Below, piece after piece: positions 1 to 11,649 of a stretch of DNA of 64,000 bases (positions are counted from its first letter, which is position 1; each line of letters starts with the position of its first letter). The notes below the pieces were generated by a model, which saw only the letters and a list, made by a program, of their open reading frames with translations, ran no database searches and was not told the origin of the DNA. Made by a program: the position numbers and the translations under genes. The stretch is from Octopus sinensis (Eukaryota): positions 162,440,001 through 162,504,000 of the forward strand of contig NC_042997.1 of the NCBI RefSeq assembly GCF_006345805.1, read 5' to 3'.

Positions 1-89
1 ATTTTCAAAAACATAATATTATTACGCTTCTTTCGATTCTCATTAAATTTCAACAGTATAGCCAGTTAATTTTCTTAAAATCTTGATGC

Positions 90-1187
90 TTAGAAGTAGT
101 ATTCGTTCCAATGGTCAAAGTGGGTCATATGACGACCATTCATATCCATCCACTGACCTCCAAAATCCATCTGATAATTGGACATATCAAACCATCTATG
201 GCCTCCATAGAAGTAAGGACTGTAGTTGAAGAAGTGGTACCTGCTGTGGTAATTATAGGGAGACATTGAATGGAATTCATAATCCATATCATACCATCTC
301 TCTGGGTTGTTGTAGTATCTTTGGCCCCAGCTGTAACTATGATAAGGGTAGTAGTGGTGATGTCTGCCGTGATAGCTGTAGAAGGGTGTGCAATGACGGC
401 TATACATATCCATCCAGCGGCCATCAAAATCCATTTGATAGTTTGTCATATCAAAGTATCTCTCTGGGTAGTTGTAATACCTTTGGCCCCAGCTGTAGTT
501 ATAATAAGGGTAGTTATGGTAGTACCTGCCATAGTTGGTGTAGAAAGGAGTTGAAAAACGGCCATACATATCCATCCAGCGGCCATACATGTCCATCTGA
601 TAGCCGGACATATCCATGAATCTCTCGGGATAGTGCATATAGTAGAAATTCATATATGGATAATACATATAACGCCTGTAATAGTTGTAATAAGGGTTGC
701 AGTGACGTCCATATCTGTCCATGTATCGGCCATACACGTCCATTTGATAGTGGGACATGTCCATGAATCTCTCAGGATAGAACCAGTTACGACCATAGCG
801 GTAGCCAGGGTAGTAGCCATGTTTTGAAGAGTTGAACATATACCAGTAGGGGCTGGAGTGGTGTCCGTGCATGTCCATCCATCTTCCATACATATCCATC
901 TGATAACTGGACATATCCATAAACCTCTCAGGGAAGTCCATGAAATAACCGTATCTATGGAACCTATCGTTATCATAGAAACCGTAATAGTTGTACATAG
1001 ATTTACCATAGTATCTATCATTATCAGAATATCTACCATAGAATTCATAGAATCTGGGATCTACCATTCTTCCATAAGAATCCATGTATCTGCCTTGAAA
1101 ATCCATGGACATCACGCTCATTGGTTCCATGATTCCTCTGTATTTTCTGGCGAAATGATGACGGAATTTGTTCATGAGACGGTTCAT
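90..1187 (-). CDS. Reflectin (cephalopod structural-colour protein), single coding exon, 365 aa from MNRLMNKF
   Basis: The translation has the N-terminal reflectin motif MEPMSVMSMDFQGRYMDSYGRMVDP, five full [M/F]D(X)5MD(X)5MD repeats (e.g. YPERFMDMSGYQMDMYGRWMDMYG) and one truncated repeat (NPERWYDM). It is rich in Y/M/R/D/H/G and ends WNEYYF. The true ATG is at 1187-1185; the ORF track's 1286 start is a TTG in intron-like sequence. Confidence 0.97.
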   Translation of the reverse strand: MNRLMNKFRHHFARKYRGIMEPMSVMSMDFQGRYMDSYGRMVDPRFYEFYGRYSDNDRYYGKSMYNYYGFYDNDRFHRYGYFMDFPERFMDMSSYQMDMYGRWMDMHGHHSSPYWYMFNSSKHGYYPGYRYGRNWFYPERFMDMSHYQMDVYGRYMDRYGRHCNPYYNYYRRYMYYPYMNFYYMHYPERFMDMSGYQMDMYGRWMDMYGRFSTPFYTNYGRYYHNYPYYNYSWGQRYYNYPERYFDMTNYQMDFDGRWMDMYSRHCTPFYSYHGRHHHYYPYHSYSWGQRYYNNPERWYDMDYEFHSMSPYNYHSRYHFFNYSPYFYGGHRWFDMSNYQMDFGGQWMDMNGRHMTHFDHWNEYYF

Positions 1188-1206
1188 TGTTGAAATACAG
1201 GTTTGA

Positions 1207-1224
1207 CTGAAATAAAAATAAAAC
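1207..1224 (-). promoter_or_regulatory. Probable splice acceptor of a 5'-UTR intron of the reflectin gene
   Basis: The minus strand reads GTTTTATTTTTATTTCAG|TCAAACCTGTATTTCAACA-ATG: a pyrimidine tract and CAG 19 nt before the start codon. Confidence 0.65.
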
Positions 1225-1997
1225 ATTGCATAATAATGATTAAAAATGAAGGAAAAGAAAAGGAAAGAAAACAAATTTATAAACAAGAGTAAAACAAGGG
1301 TTATTCATGTATTCTGAGAAGTAAGAGCTACACCCAAGAATTAAATTCGTATCGTAGATTTCCTTCCTTACTATTTGTGGTGATCATCACATAATGGTGG
1401 GAGCAACCTAAGTTTTCCTGCGATTGTCGTCGTTGTTCAGTTCCGGGATAGCCAAGTTGAAGTAGGCCTATGGTCAAAAACATTCCTGATGTTAAATCTT
1501 CATCTTTTTAGGGGTATCTAGAATTATAAGGAATCCTTTCTTTCTGATACGGTAAGGTATAACATACGGTCAACGTTATTGCAATTTATTGCTAGACGAG
1601 AACTACATGTGACTATCGTTAGTTAGCAACATCAGTATCATAGAAAAATGTGAAATTGTGAATTTCGCATATTTTCCAAATGTGTAAGCTACGTAAGAAA
1701 AATCAAACAACACTGTATTATGCAGATTTGGCTCACCATAAATTAAATACTGCGCTAAATTCCAAACATACAATTAATTACATCTTCCAAATTATTATTT
1801 CATCAAAATATCAGGCTAGTTGCATAAGAAGTAATAAAAACCAAACTAATTAAATATCTAAATGAGAATATTAAGTAAATAAAATTGCTATGAAATTAGC
1901 AAGAAGATCAGCGAGAATTACGTTTAACAAACGTTTACAATCGCTATATATTATTTTAGTTTTACATGAATTAGTCAGAAGAGAAATAGCAGTAGCT

Positions 1998-2172
1998 ATG
2001 GCTTCTTAAGGGTCTCCAAGATTGTAGGAGGCAGGGTGAAAGTTATGAATGACTGCATCAGAGCAGACTCCTCTAGCGGCACCCAAGAGTTAAGCAATGG
2101 AGTTAAAGCTAGTGGTGGATAAAGTCTATGACCCATGACACAGTAATAACGACGTTAGCGTAGCTAGGGAGA
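1998..2172 (+). repeat. ~175-bp repeat, uninterrupted copy; the paralogous copy at 2747-2891 plus 4583-4613 is split by the LINE
   Basis: ATGGCTTCTTAAGGGTCTCCAAGATTGTAGGAGG...CCCATGACACAGTAATAACGACGTTAGCGTAGCTAGGGAGA aligns to both halves of the split copy. Confidence 0.9.
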
Positions 2173-2544
2173 TGACGAAAACGGTTTGCCCCGAGTAACG
2201 CTTTTATGTGGACAGCAGTTTTGGGTCTGCTGTATAAGCCTTTATAGGCTGTATTAACCCGTGAGTGGGCGAAAAACCAAGGGCTATCCCTGGTGGCACA
2301 TTCTAGCTACGATACTGGGTGGCCATCTATTATGTCCTTTATTGAATTATGAGGCTTTGTGCCTATATTAGAAATCACTATATTGAGAGTGGAAAAATGA
2401 CAAAAAGTAAGAAAATGCTGGACTAAATAACAGAAACGGCAAACCGCTGGTCTAAATAACTGGCGCCTTTTGTTGAATGTCTTTACTTTCTAAGTTCAAA
2501 TCTCTCCTATATCAATTGTTAATTCTGTTCTTCTGTGATTGAGG

Positions 2545-2746
2545 GAAGATGCATGGCTAAGCGGTAAGGATATTCGGCTTACGATCCTAAGATAGTGAAT
2601 TCGATTACCAGTGGCGCTTTGTGGATTTGAGCAAGACAATTTATTTCCCGTTGATCTAGTCCACTTAGCTGGTTTTTACCAGTAGTACCTGTAATTGAAA
2701 AGGCCACGCTGATCTGAATGGGTCACACTAAATCTCTCCGGAAACC
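2545..2746 (+). mobile_element. Degenerate tRNA-derived SINE
   Basis: A-box-like TGGCTAAGCGG, CTTACGATC loop and B-box-like ATTCGATTACC; the head resembles the SINE at 22783. Confidence 0.55.
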
Positions 2747-2882
2747 ATGGCTTCTTAAGGGTCTCCAAGATTGTAGGAGGCAGGTGAAAGTTTTGAATGA
2801 CTGTATCAGAGCAGACTCCTCTAGCGGCACCCAAGAGTCAAGAAATGGTATTAAAGCTAGTGGTGGATAAAGTTTACGACCC

Positions 2883-4493
2883 ATGGCACAGAGTCAGTTA
2901 TTTGCCGAGGCTTTTTCAACTATTTTCAAACAAGATGATGGTCGTGAACCCCCTCCATTTGTTAGATCGGTACCTCCAATGCTTCGATTGGTCATCACGC
3001 GGGACGAAGTCAAACGTGTTATTCAAGGCCTCGATGTCAACAAGGGTCACGGCCCTGACGGCATACACCCACGGGTTATCAAAGCGTTGGCTCCGGTCAT
3101 CTGCGAGCCCTTAACACGACTTTTCAATATGTCATTGGCGACGGGTGTTATACCTGCAGACTGGAGAACAGCAATAATCTGCCCAATTTTCAAGAAAGGG
3201 AGCCGCGAAGACCAGCTTAACTACCGACCGGTTTCCCTTACATCAATAATCAGCAAGATGTTCGAAACCATCCTTAAGAAAAGTATGATGCTCCACCTCC
3301 TAAACACAGCCTCTATCTCTGATTCCCAACACTGCTTCGTGCCGAAGAGATCATGCTTGACCAACTTACTAGTAATGGAAGAATTGGTGACGCGCATCTT
3401 CGATGATAGTGATGCTGTTGACATCGTTTTATTGGACTTTGCCAAAGCTTTTGACTCGGTAAACCACCGCCTATTACTTGTCAAGCTTCAAGCATATAGT
3501 TTCCATCCGGATATTGTACGATGGGTTGGTGCCTTCCTCTCAGATCGCTCCTTCCAAGTCCAAGTTAATGGTTCGCGGTCCGACGTCTCCAGTGCGAGCA
3601 GTGGCGTGCCTCAAGGTTCAGTGCTTGGGCTCTTGTTGTTCTCAGTCTTCATAAATGACTTGCCCGACGACCTCACGCAACACACCCTTCTATTTGCCGA
3701 CGATATCAAACTGGTCGCTCCTCGCGGTAATATAGAGGATCTTCGTCGATGCCTCCACCAAATTTGGAAGTGGTCTAACGATTGGGACCTGTGTCTGAAC
3801 GTGTCAAAGTGCTGTCATCTGCCTGTCGGCTCTACTCCTGCAACTCAACTTGATTTCGAGCCGGGTCGTCTGATGCTGGAGAGGACCGATCAGGTAAAGG
3901 ACCTGGGTATCTTGGTGGATTCCTCCTTTTCGCCTTCAGCCCAGTGCGTCCATGCTGCCAACAAAGCACGCGGAATTCTGTTCTTGATTCGACGGTCATT
4001 CGGAATGCTCACAGCAGCCATATTCCTACCACTCTATGTCACACTGGTGAGACCCATATTGGAGTATGGGATTCAAGCCTCTTCTCCTTATCTCCTCAAA
4101 GACATACAGCATCTCGAAAGAGTCCAGAAGCTGGCTACCCGCATGGTTCATGGTCTCAAAAATTTGTCCTACGAAGAAAGGCTGAGGACGCTCGACCTTT
4201 ATTCTCTTGAAAAACGCCGCCGCCGTGGTGATCTCATTCTCGCCCACAACATCATAAGCGGAAAGTGTAACCTCTCGAAAGAGCTGTTCTTCACTCCTGC
4301 TCCAGAGCGTCGGCTGCGGGGTCATTCCGAAAAGCTCTACCTGCGACGATTTCATCTCAATCGAAGGAGAGGAGCTTTCTCCGTCCGGGTTGCGGATCCG
4401 TGGAACAAGCTGCCAGACGAGATGGTGAAGATGCCGACGACCGCTTTGTTCAAAGCCTCCCTGGACCTCAAGTGGCCTGAACTCTTTACATGA
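2883..4493 (+). CDS. Open reading frame of LINE reverse transcriptase (536 aa, endonuclease missing; ATG supplied by flanking DNA)
   Basis: Uninterrupted ORF with all RT core motifs. The ATG at 2883 lies in the host repeat, upstream of the insertion junction near 2892. Confidence 0.8.
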   Translation: MAQSQLFAEAFSTIFKQDDGREPPPFVRSVPPMLRLVITRDEVKRVIQGLDVNKGHGPDGIHPRVIKALAPVICEPLTRLFNMSLATGVIPADWRTAIICPIFKKGSREDQLNYRPVSLTSIISKMFETILKKSMMLHLLNTASISDSQHCFVPKRSCLTNLLVMEELVTRIFDDSDAVDIVLLDFAKAFDSVNHRLLLVKLQAYSFHPDIVRWVGAFLSDRSFQVQVNGSRSDVSSASSGVPQGSVLGLLLFSVFINDLPDDLTQHTLLFADDIKLVAPRGNIEDLRRCLHQIWKWSNDWDLCLNVSKCCHLPVGSTPATQLDFEPGRLMLERTDQVKDLGILVDSSFSPSAQCVHAANKARGILFLIRRSFGMLTAAIFLPLYVTLVRPILEYGIQASSPYLLKDIQHLERVQKLATRMVHGLKNLSYEERLRTLDLYSLEKRRRRGDLILAHNIISGKCNLSKELFFTPAPERRLRGHSEKLYLRRFHLNRRRGAFSVRVADPWNKLPDEMVKMPTTALFKASLDLKWPELFT

Positions 4494-4582
4494 ACACCAC
4501 CCTGTACTTAACTCCATGTCCCCCTACATGGCCTTGCTATTTGCTTTTGAGCCAAATTAACTAACTAACTAACTAACTAACT
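2892..4582 (+). mobile_element. 5'-truncated CR1-group LINE with (AACT)6 tail
   Basis: RT motifs KGHGPDGI, NYRPVSLTS, LDFAKAFDSVNH, GVPQGSVLG and LFADDIKL; CR1-type C-terminus SYEERLRTLDLYSLEKRRRRGDLI...WNKLP; no endonuclease domain; (AACT)6 at 4559-4582. Confidence 0.9.
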
Positions 4583-5329
4583 AGTAATGACCACGTTAGC
4601 GTAGCTAGGGAGACGAGGGTACGTGTATTTGTGGAGTGCTCAGCCTCTTGCACGTCAATTTCACGACCAGGCTATTCTGTTGATCGAATCGACTGGAACC
4701 CACGTCGTCGAAACCGACGGAGTGACACAGTTTTCTGTCAGTGATAGCATAAACAACCACAGAAAATTAAAAGGGGAATTGACCTCAGACGAGCGAAGGT
4801 AAATACTGTCTATGTCACTCCAGCACCTTCGATATTTCGAGTGTATAATGAACGGTATAAAGGTGATGAATGACAGAATTTGCTTGAATATCGAATACAA
4901 TGTATAGCAGTATTAAGTTTCTATACGTTCTGATTTCAAAACGCTGCAAAATCAGATTTGCATTTCTTCCGTCTGTGGTCTATAAAATTATTATTCGAAA
5001 TATAAAAGTCTAGTCTATATAATTAAATGTTCTACACGTGAAAATTTATAGACTTGTACCAAGCTAGAAATCAATACATTTATGAGATTTTTAAGGAATC
5101 GTAGAAATACTAACGTAAATGATCATTAAAAACGAGAAATTAATGCAGCAGCAAAATGGATATATTAAAAATAAAAATACTCATCTTTGAATATAAATAG
5201 AGAAATTAGTTTTCTTTCAGATTTTATCCTTGCTACAGTGAGATACATTCTTATATTTACATAGACTTTGTCAAACTACTAACAGAGTTAAACAAAACTA
5301 GATATAGTAAAACAGCATTTAGGCATCAA

Positions 5330-5456
5330 TACATATATATATGGAAGCGAGCGTGTATTTTTACATACATACATACATATATATACACACACATACATAC
5401 ATTCATACATACATATATATATATATATGTATACATAAATATACATACATATACTT

Positions 5457-5491
<35 letters not shown>

Positions 5492-5494
5492 CGT

Positions 5495-5585
<91 letters not shown>

Positions 5586-5780
5586 CATTATATATATATA
5601 TATACACACATATATGTATGTATGTATATATACATATATATAGATATACATATATATACGTGTTTTGTGTATGTATATATGTATATATGTATGTATTACA
5701 TGTGTATTTTTGTGTGTATACACACACACACAAATATATATATATACATATTTATATATATATACAAATATATACATACA
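5330..5780. repeat. Compound (TA)n/(CA)n/(CATA)n microsatellite
   Basis: Direct inspection. Confidence 0.95.
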
Positions 5781-6053
5781 TATTTATAAAATACATGGCT
5801 AGAACATAGAACTTATATTTGAGATTTTTAACAGGTACTTGAATATAATTCATTTTAAAACTCATTAAAGATCCAGACTAATTAGATAAGACAGCAGCAA
5901 TGTGTCGAATAAAGTAAGGAAGAAAATAGATTCAATAACAGTTTTGATACTATGCTTTCGCTGTAGGTCATCTCTTCAAGTATGTTCAATATATATGGCG
6001 TAAAATTATGATTCATCCAAACTCATACACTGATACACGCATATTAAATAGCG

Positions 6054-6292
<239 letters not shown>

Positions 6293-6294
<2 letters not shown>

Positions 6295-6610
6295 TGCTTC
6301 AGCTATTAGACTGCGCCCACGCTGGGGCACGCCTTGAAGAATGAATCTACCCCAATACTTTTTTTTTAAGTCTGGTGTTTATTCTCTCTTTCTCTTTTGC
6401 CGAACCGCTAAGTTAAGGCAACGTAAACATACCAATACCGGTTACCAATTGGTGTTGGGGAATGAACACAGATATAAAGACACCAGATCCACTCACAAAG
6501 TTTTGGTCGGCCCGAAGCCAAAGTAGAAGACACTTGCTCAAGGTGCTATGCAGATCCGGAACCATGTGGTTGAAAAGCAAGCTTCTTACCACACAGCTGC
6601 GCCTGCGCCA
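6293..6610 (-). mobile_element. Octopus tRNA-derived SINE (family A)
   Basis: Reverse complement of the head GGCGCAGGCGCAGCTGTGTGGTAAG...CCACATGGTTCCGG; body matches the copies at 39851 and 51583. Confidence 0.75.
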
Positions 6611-7074
6611 TGTATGTGTGTGTGTATGTTCGTTCTACACAAACAATATGCAGCTTGGCGGGAAAACTGGTACGTGTACACTAATACCTTGTGTTCGGTA
6701 TTTATTGCATGAAAGTTACACAACACACCATCATGTCGCGCTCTTTGTCATATTGGCTATGAGCAGGAGATTAGTCTTTTGTAAAACTGTTACGAAAGGT
6801 ACTATCATTCACATAATGCATAGTATAGAAATGAAAAGCGTACCAAATTGCATTTTACGTATTACGGTTTATTACAGTTTAAACTATAATAAACCCCAAC
6901 AGCACCGTAATGATGCCCTGCAGCACCTTCCTTGCTTGCAAATTTTGCAGCCGAACTTGCTCGTCAAGCATTGGTAGTATCTGCCATAAGAGAAGCTGCT
7001 GGAAGAAAACTATGAATCCCTAATGAAGACATTCTCCGCTACTAAAACTGTCTGTCAAGTCGTAAAGAGCCTTA

Positions 7075-7285
<211 letters not shown>

Positions 7286-8665
7286 TCTACCACTAACATA
7301 AAATCCTTTTACATGCCACATGCACCATATTTAAACATTATTTCTGAAAAAAAAATAGATAGATAAATAAATAAAGACATTTTGAATAAGCGCTAAAAAT
7401 GCAAAATATATGCAATAACCTTCCGTTTCGATCTCTCTTAAAGTTAAATGCTTAATCATCGTGTTTTTGCTACAGTTATACGAGCTCAATGTAAATCTGA
7501 AATATCAGAAAAACGAAACATGAAAACATGTTTAAGGCATCGTTTCAAACTTCAGTGATATTAGCAACGCTGAAAGAGAAATTATATAAGTTATATAAAA
7601 AGTTTCACCTTTCGCCGAAACTGGTCAGATGAGAGATCAGCTGCTATGGCAGGTTGCTGGCTCAATAATCACACTGAGGTAAATTCAGAACCACTTATAT
7701 ATACCTTCCAGAGACAATATTTTTTTTTGTACTTTACCAATTCAACGGAAATAAATTAAAGTTCTTGATTAAACGACTCTAAAGACTAATTTACGAACAT
7801 CTTTTTTTTTAATTAACTTAGATTGTCCAATTGGAATGTTGAATTAAAATTCCAGTGATATTTCCACTGTTCATTCAAATTATGTGTAACGTTTGTTTTT
7901 TGTATGTATGTATGTATGTATGTATGTATGTATGTATGTATGTATGTATGTATGTATGTGTGTGTGTGTGTATGTATGTATGTATGCATGTATGTATGTT
8001 GTAATTGATTTTTTGTAGGTTAGTGTATACGGAGACTGGAGATAGTGTTATTGGTTATCCCGGGTCTAACTTGATCGAGCGGACCTGTATTAAACGGGGT
8101 TTCATATATAATCAATCCATCTTCTAAGGGATGTCTATGACTTACACTACCTGTCTTCTGTCCATCATATAAGACGATAGGATGTCATTTGAGGGTGATT
8201 TTGCTACTATTTCCTACAGTCCAACGACCACATACAGGGTCCCTCATTGGCTCCTAATGGCTATATTTGTATGAGGATAATATTGGTAATTAGTGCTTTT
8301 TGACCTGATCGAATAAAATCTAAGATCAAAGATATTCCACACAGTTTATTTATTTTTTTAATATTTCCTTCTCTTTTTAAAGTTGGGAGGGCATGAGTTG
8401 AAGTTGCTATCTCTAGCACGTCGAATGACCACGTTCCTATACTGGCCTTATATTATTATTGTTGTTTAGTTCTAGTCAAGCCTGATCTAGCAAACCTCTC
8501 TTTATAGGCAAATCCATGCGTGATCATCCATCCACTCCTTCAAGGATATTAAGTCTACATTATCTAATGTGTCTTTACATTTTTTTAAACAAAGAACACA
8601 ATCGCGATGCAGTATGATTAAACGAACTACAAAGTAAGTATTGTGTAAATGCTTCTCCAAAAATA

Positions 8666-9221
8666 TTGGGTTGTCCGGAAGGTTCGTGCCGATTTATAGT
8701 AGCTTACCTTTTGACTTATTTTAGAACATGTTTGAGTCCATAAAATAGGATTTGACTACAACTCCATTTAGAGCACAGTTTAAGCTATCTTTTTGTGGAA
8801 GAAGGTTTATGTTCCTATAACCTGTGTTAATTCTGTAACCCTTTAAAATGGAAGATAACAAAGTTCATTTTCGGCACTTGATGCTTTGGGAACCAGAAAA
8901 AAATTGCTGCAGCTCAGCTGGGATGTGTAACCCCACCCTCCATTTTCACCAGATGTCATTCCTTCGGATTTCCACTTATTCAGGTCTCTACAGAATAGTC
9001 TTAATGGTAAAAATTTCAATTCCTTGGATGACGTAAAAAGATACCTTGATGAATTCTTTGCCATGAAACCACCTCAATTTTGGGTAGAGGGTTAAAGGAA
9101 AGATGGAGACGCATTGTGCAACAAAATGTTTCATATTTGGTTGATTGAAAATGTAATGGCAAGTATTTATTGACCTTTTTCGTTCCTTTAAAAATTGGCA
9201 CGAACTTTCCGGACAGCCCAA
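8666..9221 (+). mobile_element. Internally deleted mariner (556 bp)
   Basis: TIRs TTGGGTTGTCCGGAAGGTTCGTGCC / GGCACGAACTTTCCGGACAGCCCAA, with TA on both sides. Retains the transposase N-terminus (MEDNKVHFRHLML) and C-terminus (PHPPFSPDVIPSDFHLFRSLQNSL). Confidence 0.88.
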
Positions 9222-9229
9222 TATATAAT

Positions 9230-9600
9230 GTTACCAATGAAACATTCCTGGCGGTTATTATGAAACTGTCGAAAGGAAAATCACCTAGGAGCGACCTGAT
9301 AGTAGGCTTCTGGCATAAAATGCTTACGTTCTACAGGGAAAATCTTACGAACCTATTTTTTAAAAAGTGAACGCTGAGCTAGAAATACCAAGAGTCCATG
9401 AGAAAGAGAACATTTATGTTGAATTAATGCGGAACTTACAGCTCTCGTACCCTGACTGTAAATTCTCATTTGTACCTATTATCATATGTACATTAGGTTA
9501 TGTACCGACAAATTTACGCAACAAAAAAAGATATAGAGAAATACTAATTTTATCGAAGAAAGTGCAAAAGTAACTGACACGGATTCTCCAGATCCAGTCT
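9230..9600 (+). mobile_element. Fragments of an RLE-type (R4/Dong-like) non-LTR retrotransposon
   Basis: KLSKGKSPRSDLIVGFWHK (RT N-terminal motif) is joined to EKENIYVELMRNLQLSYPDCKFSFVPIIICTLG (restriction-like endonuclease C-terminus). Confidence 0.55.
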
Positions 9601-9618
9601 ATTTGCGACAGAGTGAAG

Positions 9619-9869
9619 ATTTACTCTTTTACTCTTTTACTTGTTTCAGTCATTTGACTGCGGCCATGCTGGAGCACCGCCTTTAGTCAAGCAAATCGAC
9701 CCCAGGACTTATTCTTTGTAAGCCTAGTGGACGTAAACACACCAGCATCGGTTGGCAAGCGATGTTGGGGGAACAAACACGGACGCACAAACACACACAC
9801 ACGCATATATACATATATACGACGGGCTTCTTTCAGTTTCCGTCTACCAAATCCACTCACAAGGCTTTG
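9619..9869 (-). mobile_element. Octopus SINE family A, 3' portion
   Basis: (TTTTACTC)n tail and CTTGTTTCAGTCATTTGACTGCGGCCATGCTGGAGCACCGCC; near-identical to the 51583 copy. Confidence 0.85.
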
Positions 9870-10181
9870 TAAAATATTCCAAGGATTCTCCATCTCAGAT
9901 TCTTTAAAGGAATACGATGCACACACTTCGTTGTGTGCATCGACAGCTCAACCTACACACCAACTCAAACACATGTTTACAAACACCGGGAACTCAACTC
10001 AAAAAGTCTTGTTTGTTTGCAACCGACTTGAACTCTCTTAAAAAGAACTTAAACTGAAAGAAAAAGCATAAATGCTTACATACATGCATACATACAGGTA
10101 CATAGAAAATCTTTGATTCATCTACATGCATATATATATATGTGTGTATGTGTGAGTGTGTGTGTGTGTGTGCGTGTGTGT

Positions 10182-10227
<46 letters not shown>

Positions 10228-11649
10228 GCAAAACATTCTAACACTGAGATTTGAAATCAGATGTCATTACTGTTTATATCATCTGGATAAATTTTAAAAT
10301 TGATGATATCACTAGCAGTGACATAGGTAGGTGGATTGCAGGCACAATAGCATTAAATAGCTATGAATTATAAATTTACACGAAGCGTAAGGATGCTTGG
10401 CAAGCATCCACCTGCTAGAAATAAGAGCTAAAGTCTTAAATTTATCCACCGTACCGCACCGCACCAAGATAACAGAGAAAAACAGTATGCGAGAAAAAGA
10501 GAAAGGATTAAAACATTTAACAGCACAAATAAAAATATAATGCATTTAGGTTTCGGCTTTTGGGTATTTAAACCCTGAGTCTCATCAGTGTGGCCTACCG
10601 GGCAATAAGCCATAACTGTCCCGTTAAACTCTGACTGTGCAACTGGTTTTGTTTTGCGCCAAAAACAGAGCACATGGCGCATAAAATTTTATATGCGAAA
10701 CATTCAAACACTGAGATTTGAAATCAGATGTCACTTCTGTTCATATCATTTGTGGATAAATTTTTTAATTGATCAGACGAAGGTAATGAGCACAAAAAGG
10801 AAGGAAACAACACGGGAAGGACAAGAAACAAATGTTGTATGAATTAAACGCTTGAAAGAGTCTTGATGGACTTTTCGGACGCTAATCTTTCATCAGAAGA
10901 AAGCTAGAGAGGCAAAATAGAGGAGATCGGTTTATGTATATATAATGAGAGAGGGAGAGGGGGAGGGAGAGAGAGAAGGTGAAGGAGTAGGGGAGTAATT
11001 CGAACGTATGTAAATAAGAAATATAAGATGATCGGAGAGTACCAAATAAGTAATAAGCCATTAATCTTTTTTTGAGAGGATTTGATGCCGGCTGTATGAA
11101 CCAGGAAGCTATTTTTTCAACTGCCTGAGGTTCCTGGTTATTCAGTCTTAATGGACCATTACTCTGAACCTAACCGACAATGAGTGGGAAGGGAATATTC
11201 AGTATTCTCCTTGATGGGGTATGATGTTGATATTCCTTCCTCTTTACTATTGTTACATGTTGAAAGATTGGGAATTAATAGCAGTTCTATTTATTCAGTA
11301 GCTTCTGCCAGCTCTTCTTCAGCTGTAAGCTATTTGTACATAGTTCTTGATTGCACAAGAAAACGAAAGGCGAAGCTGATCTCGGATAGATTTGAACTCA
11401 GGATATAAAGAGCTGTCGCAAATATTTCATAGCATATTTTCCGACGCTGTAACGATCCTACCCATAATACTTGCCTTAGTAATGATGAAAGAATTACTCA
11501 ATAGATAAACTGTATTTCAAGCGTTTAATTCATACAACATTTGTTTCTTGTCCTTCCCGTGTTGTTTCCTTCCGTGAAAAATTGTCGTACAAAAGAAACA
11601 AAATCACCCTGGTTAAAACAAGCTTCAATCTTCAAGCTGTTACACTTTT

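Noticed and set aside
140-1193. Overlapping and antisense ORFs across the reflectin CDS
   Set aside because: Shadow frames of a repetitive coding sequence with no independent motifs.
1188-1286. 33-aa hydrophobic N-terminal extension of reflectin in the ORF track (signal-peptide-like)
   Set aside because: It starts at TTG and crosses a pyrimidine tract and CAG acceptor, so it is intronic sequence read in frame.
10860-10905. Minus-strand CTGATGA...GAAA hammerhead-like motif
   Set aside because: Stem I does not pair, the position equivalent to U16.1 is C, and stem II is not formed.
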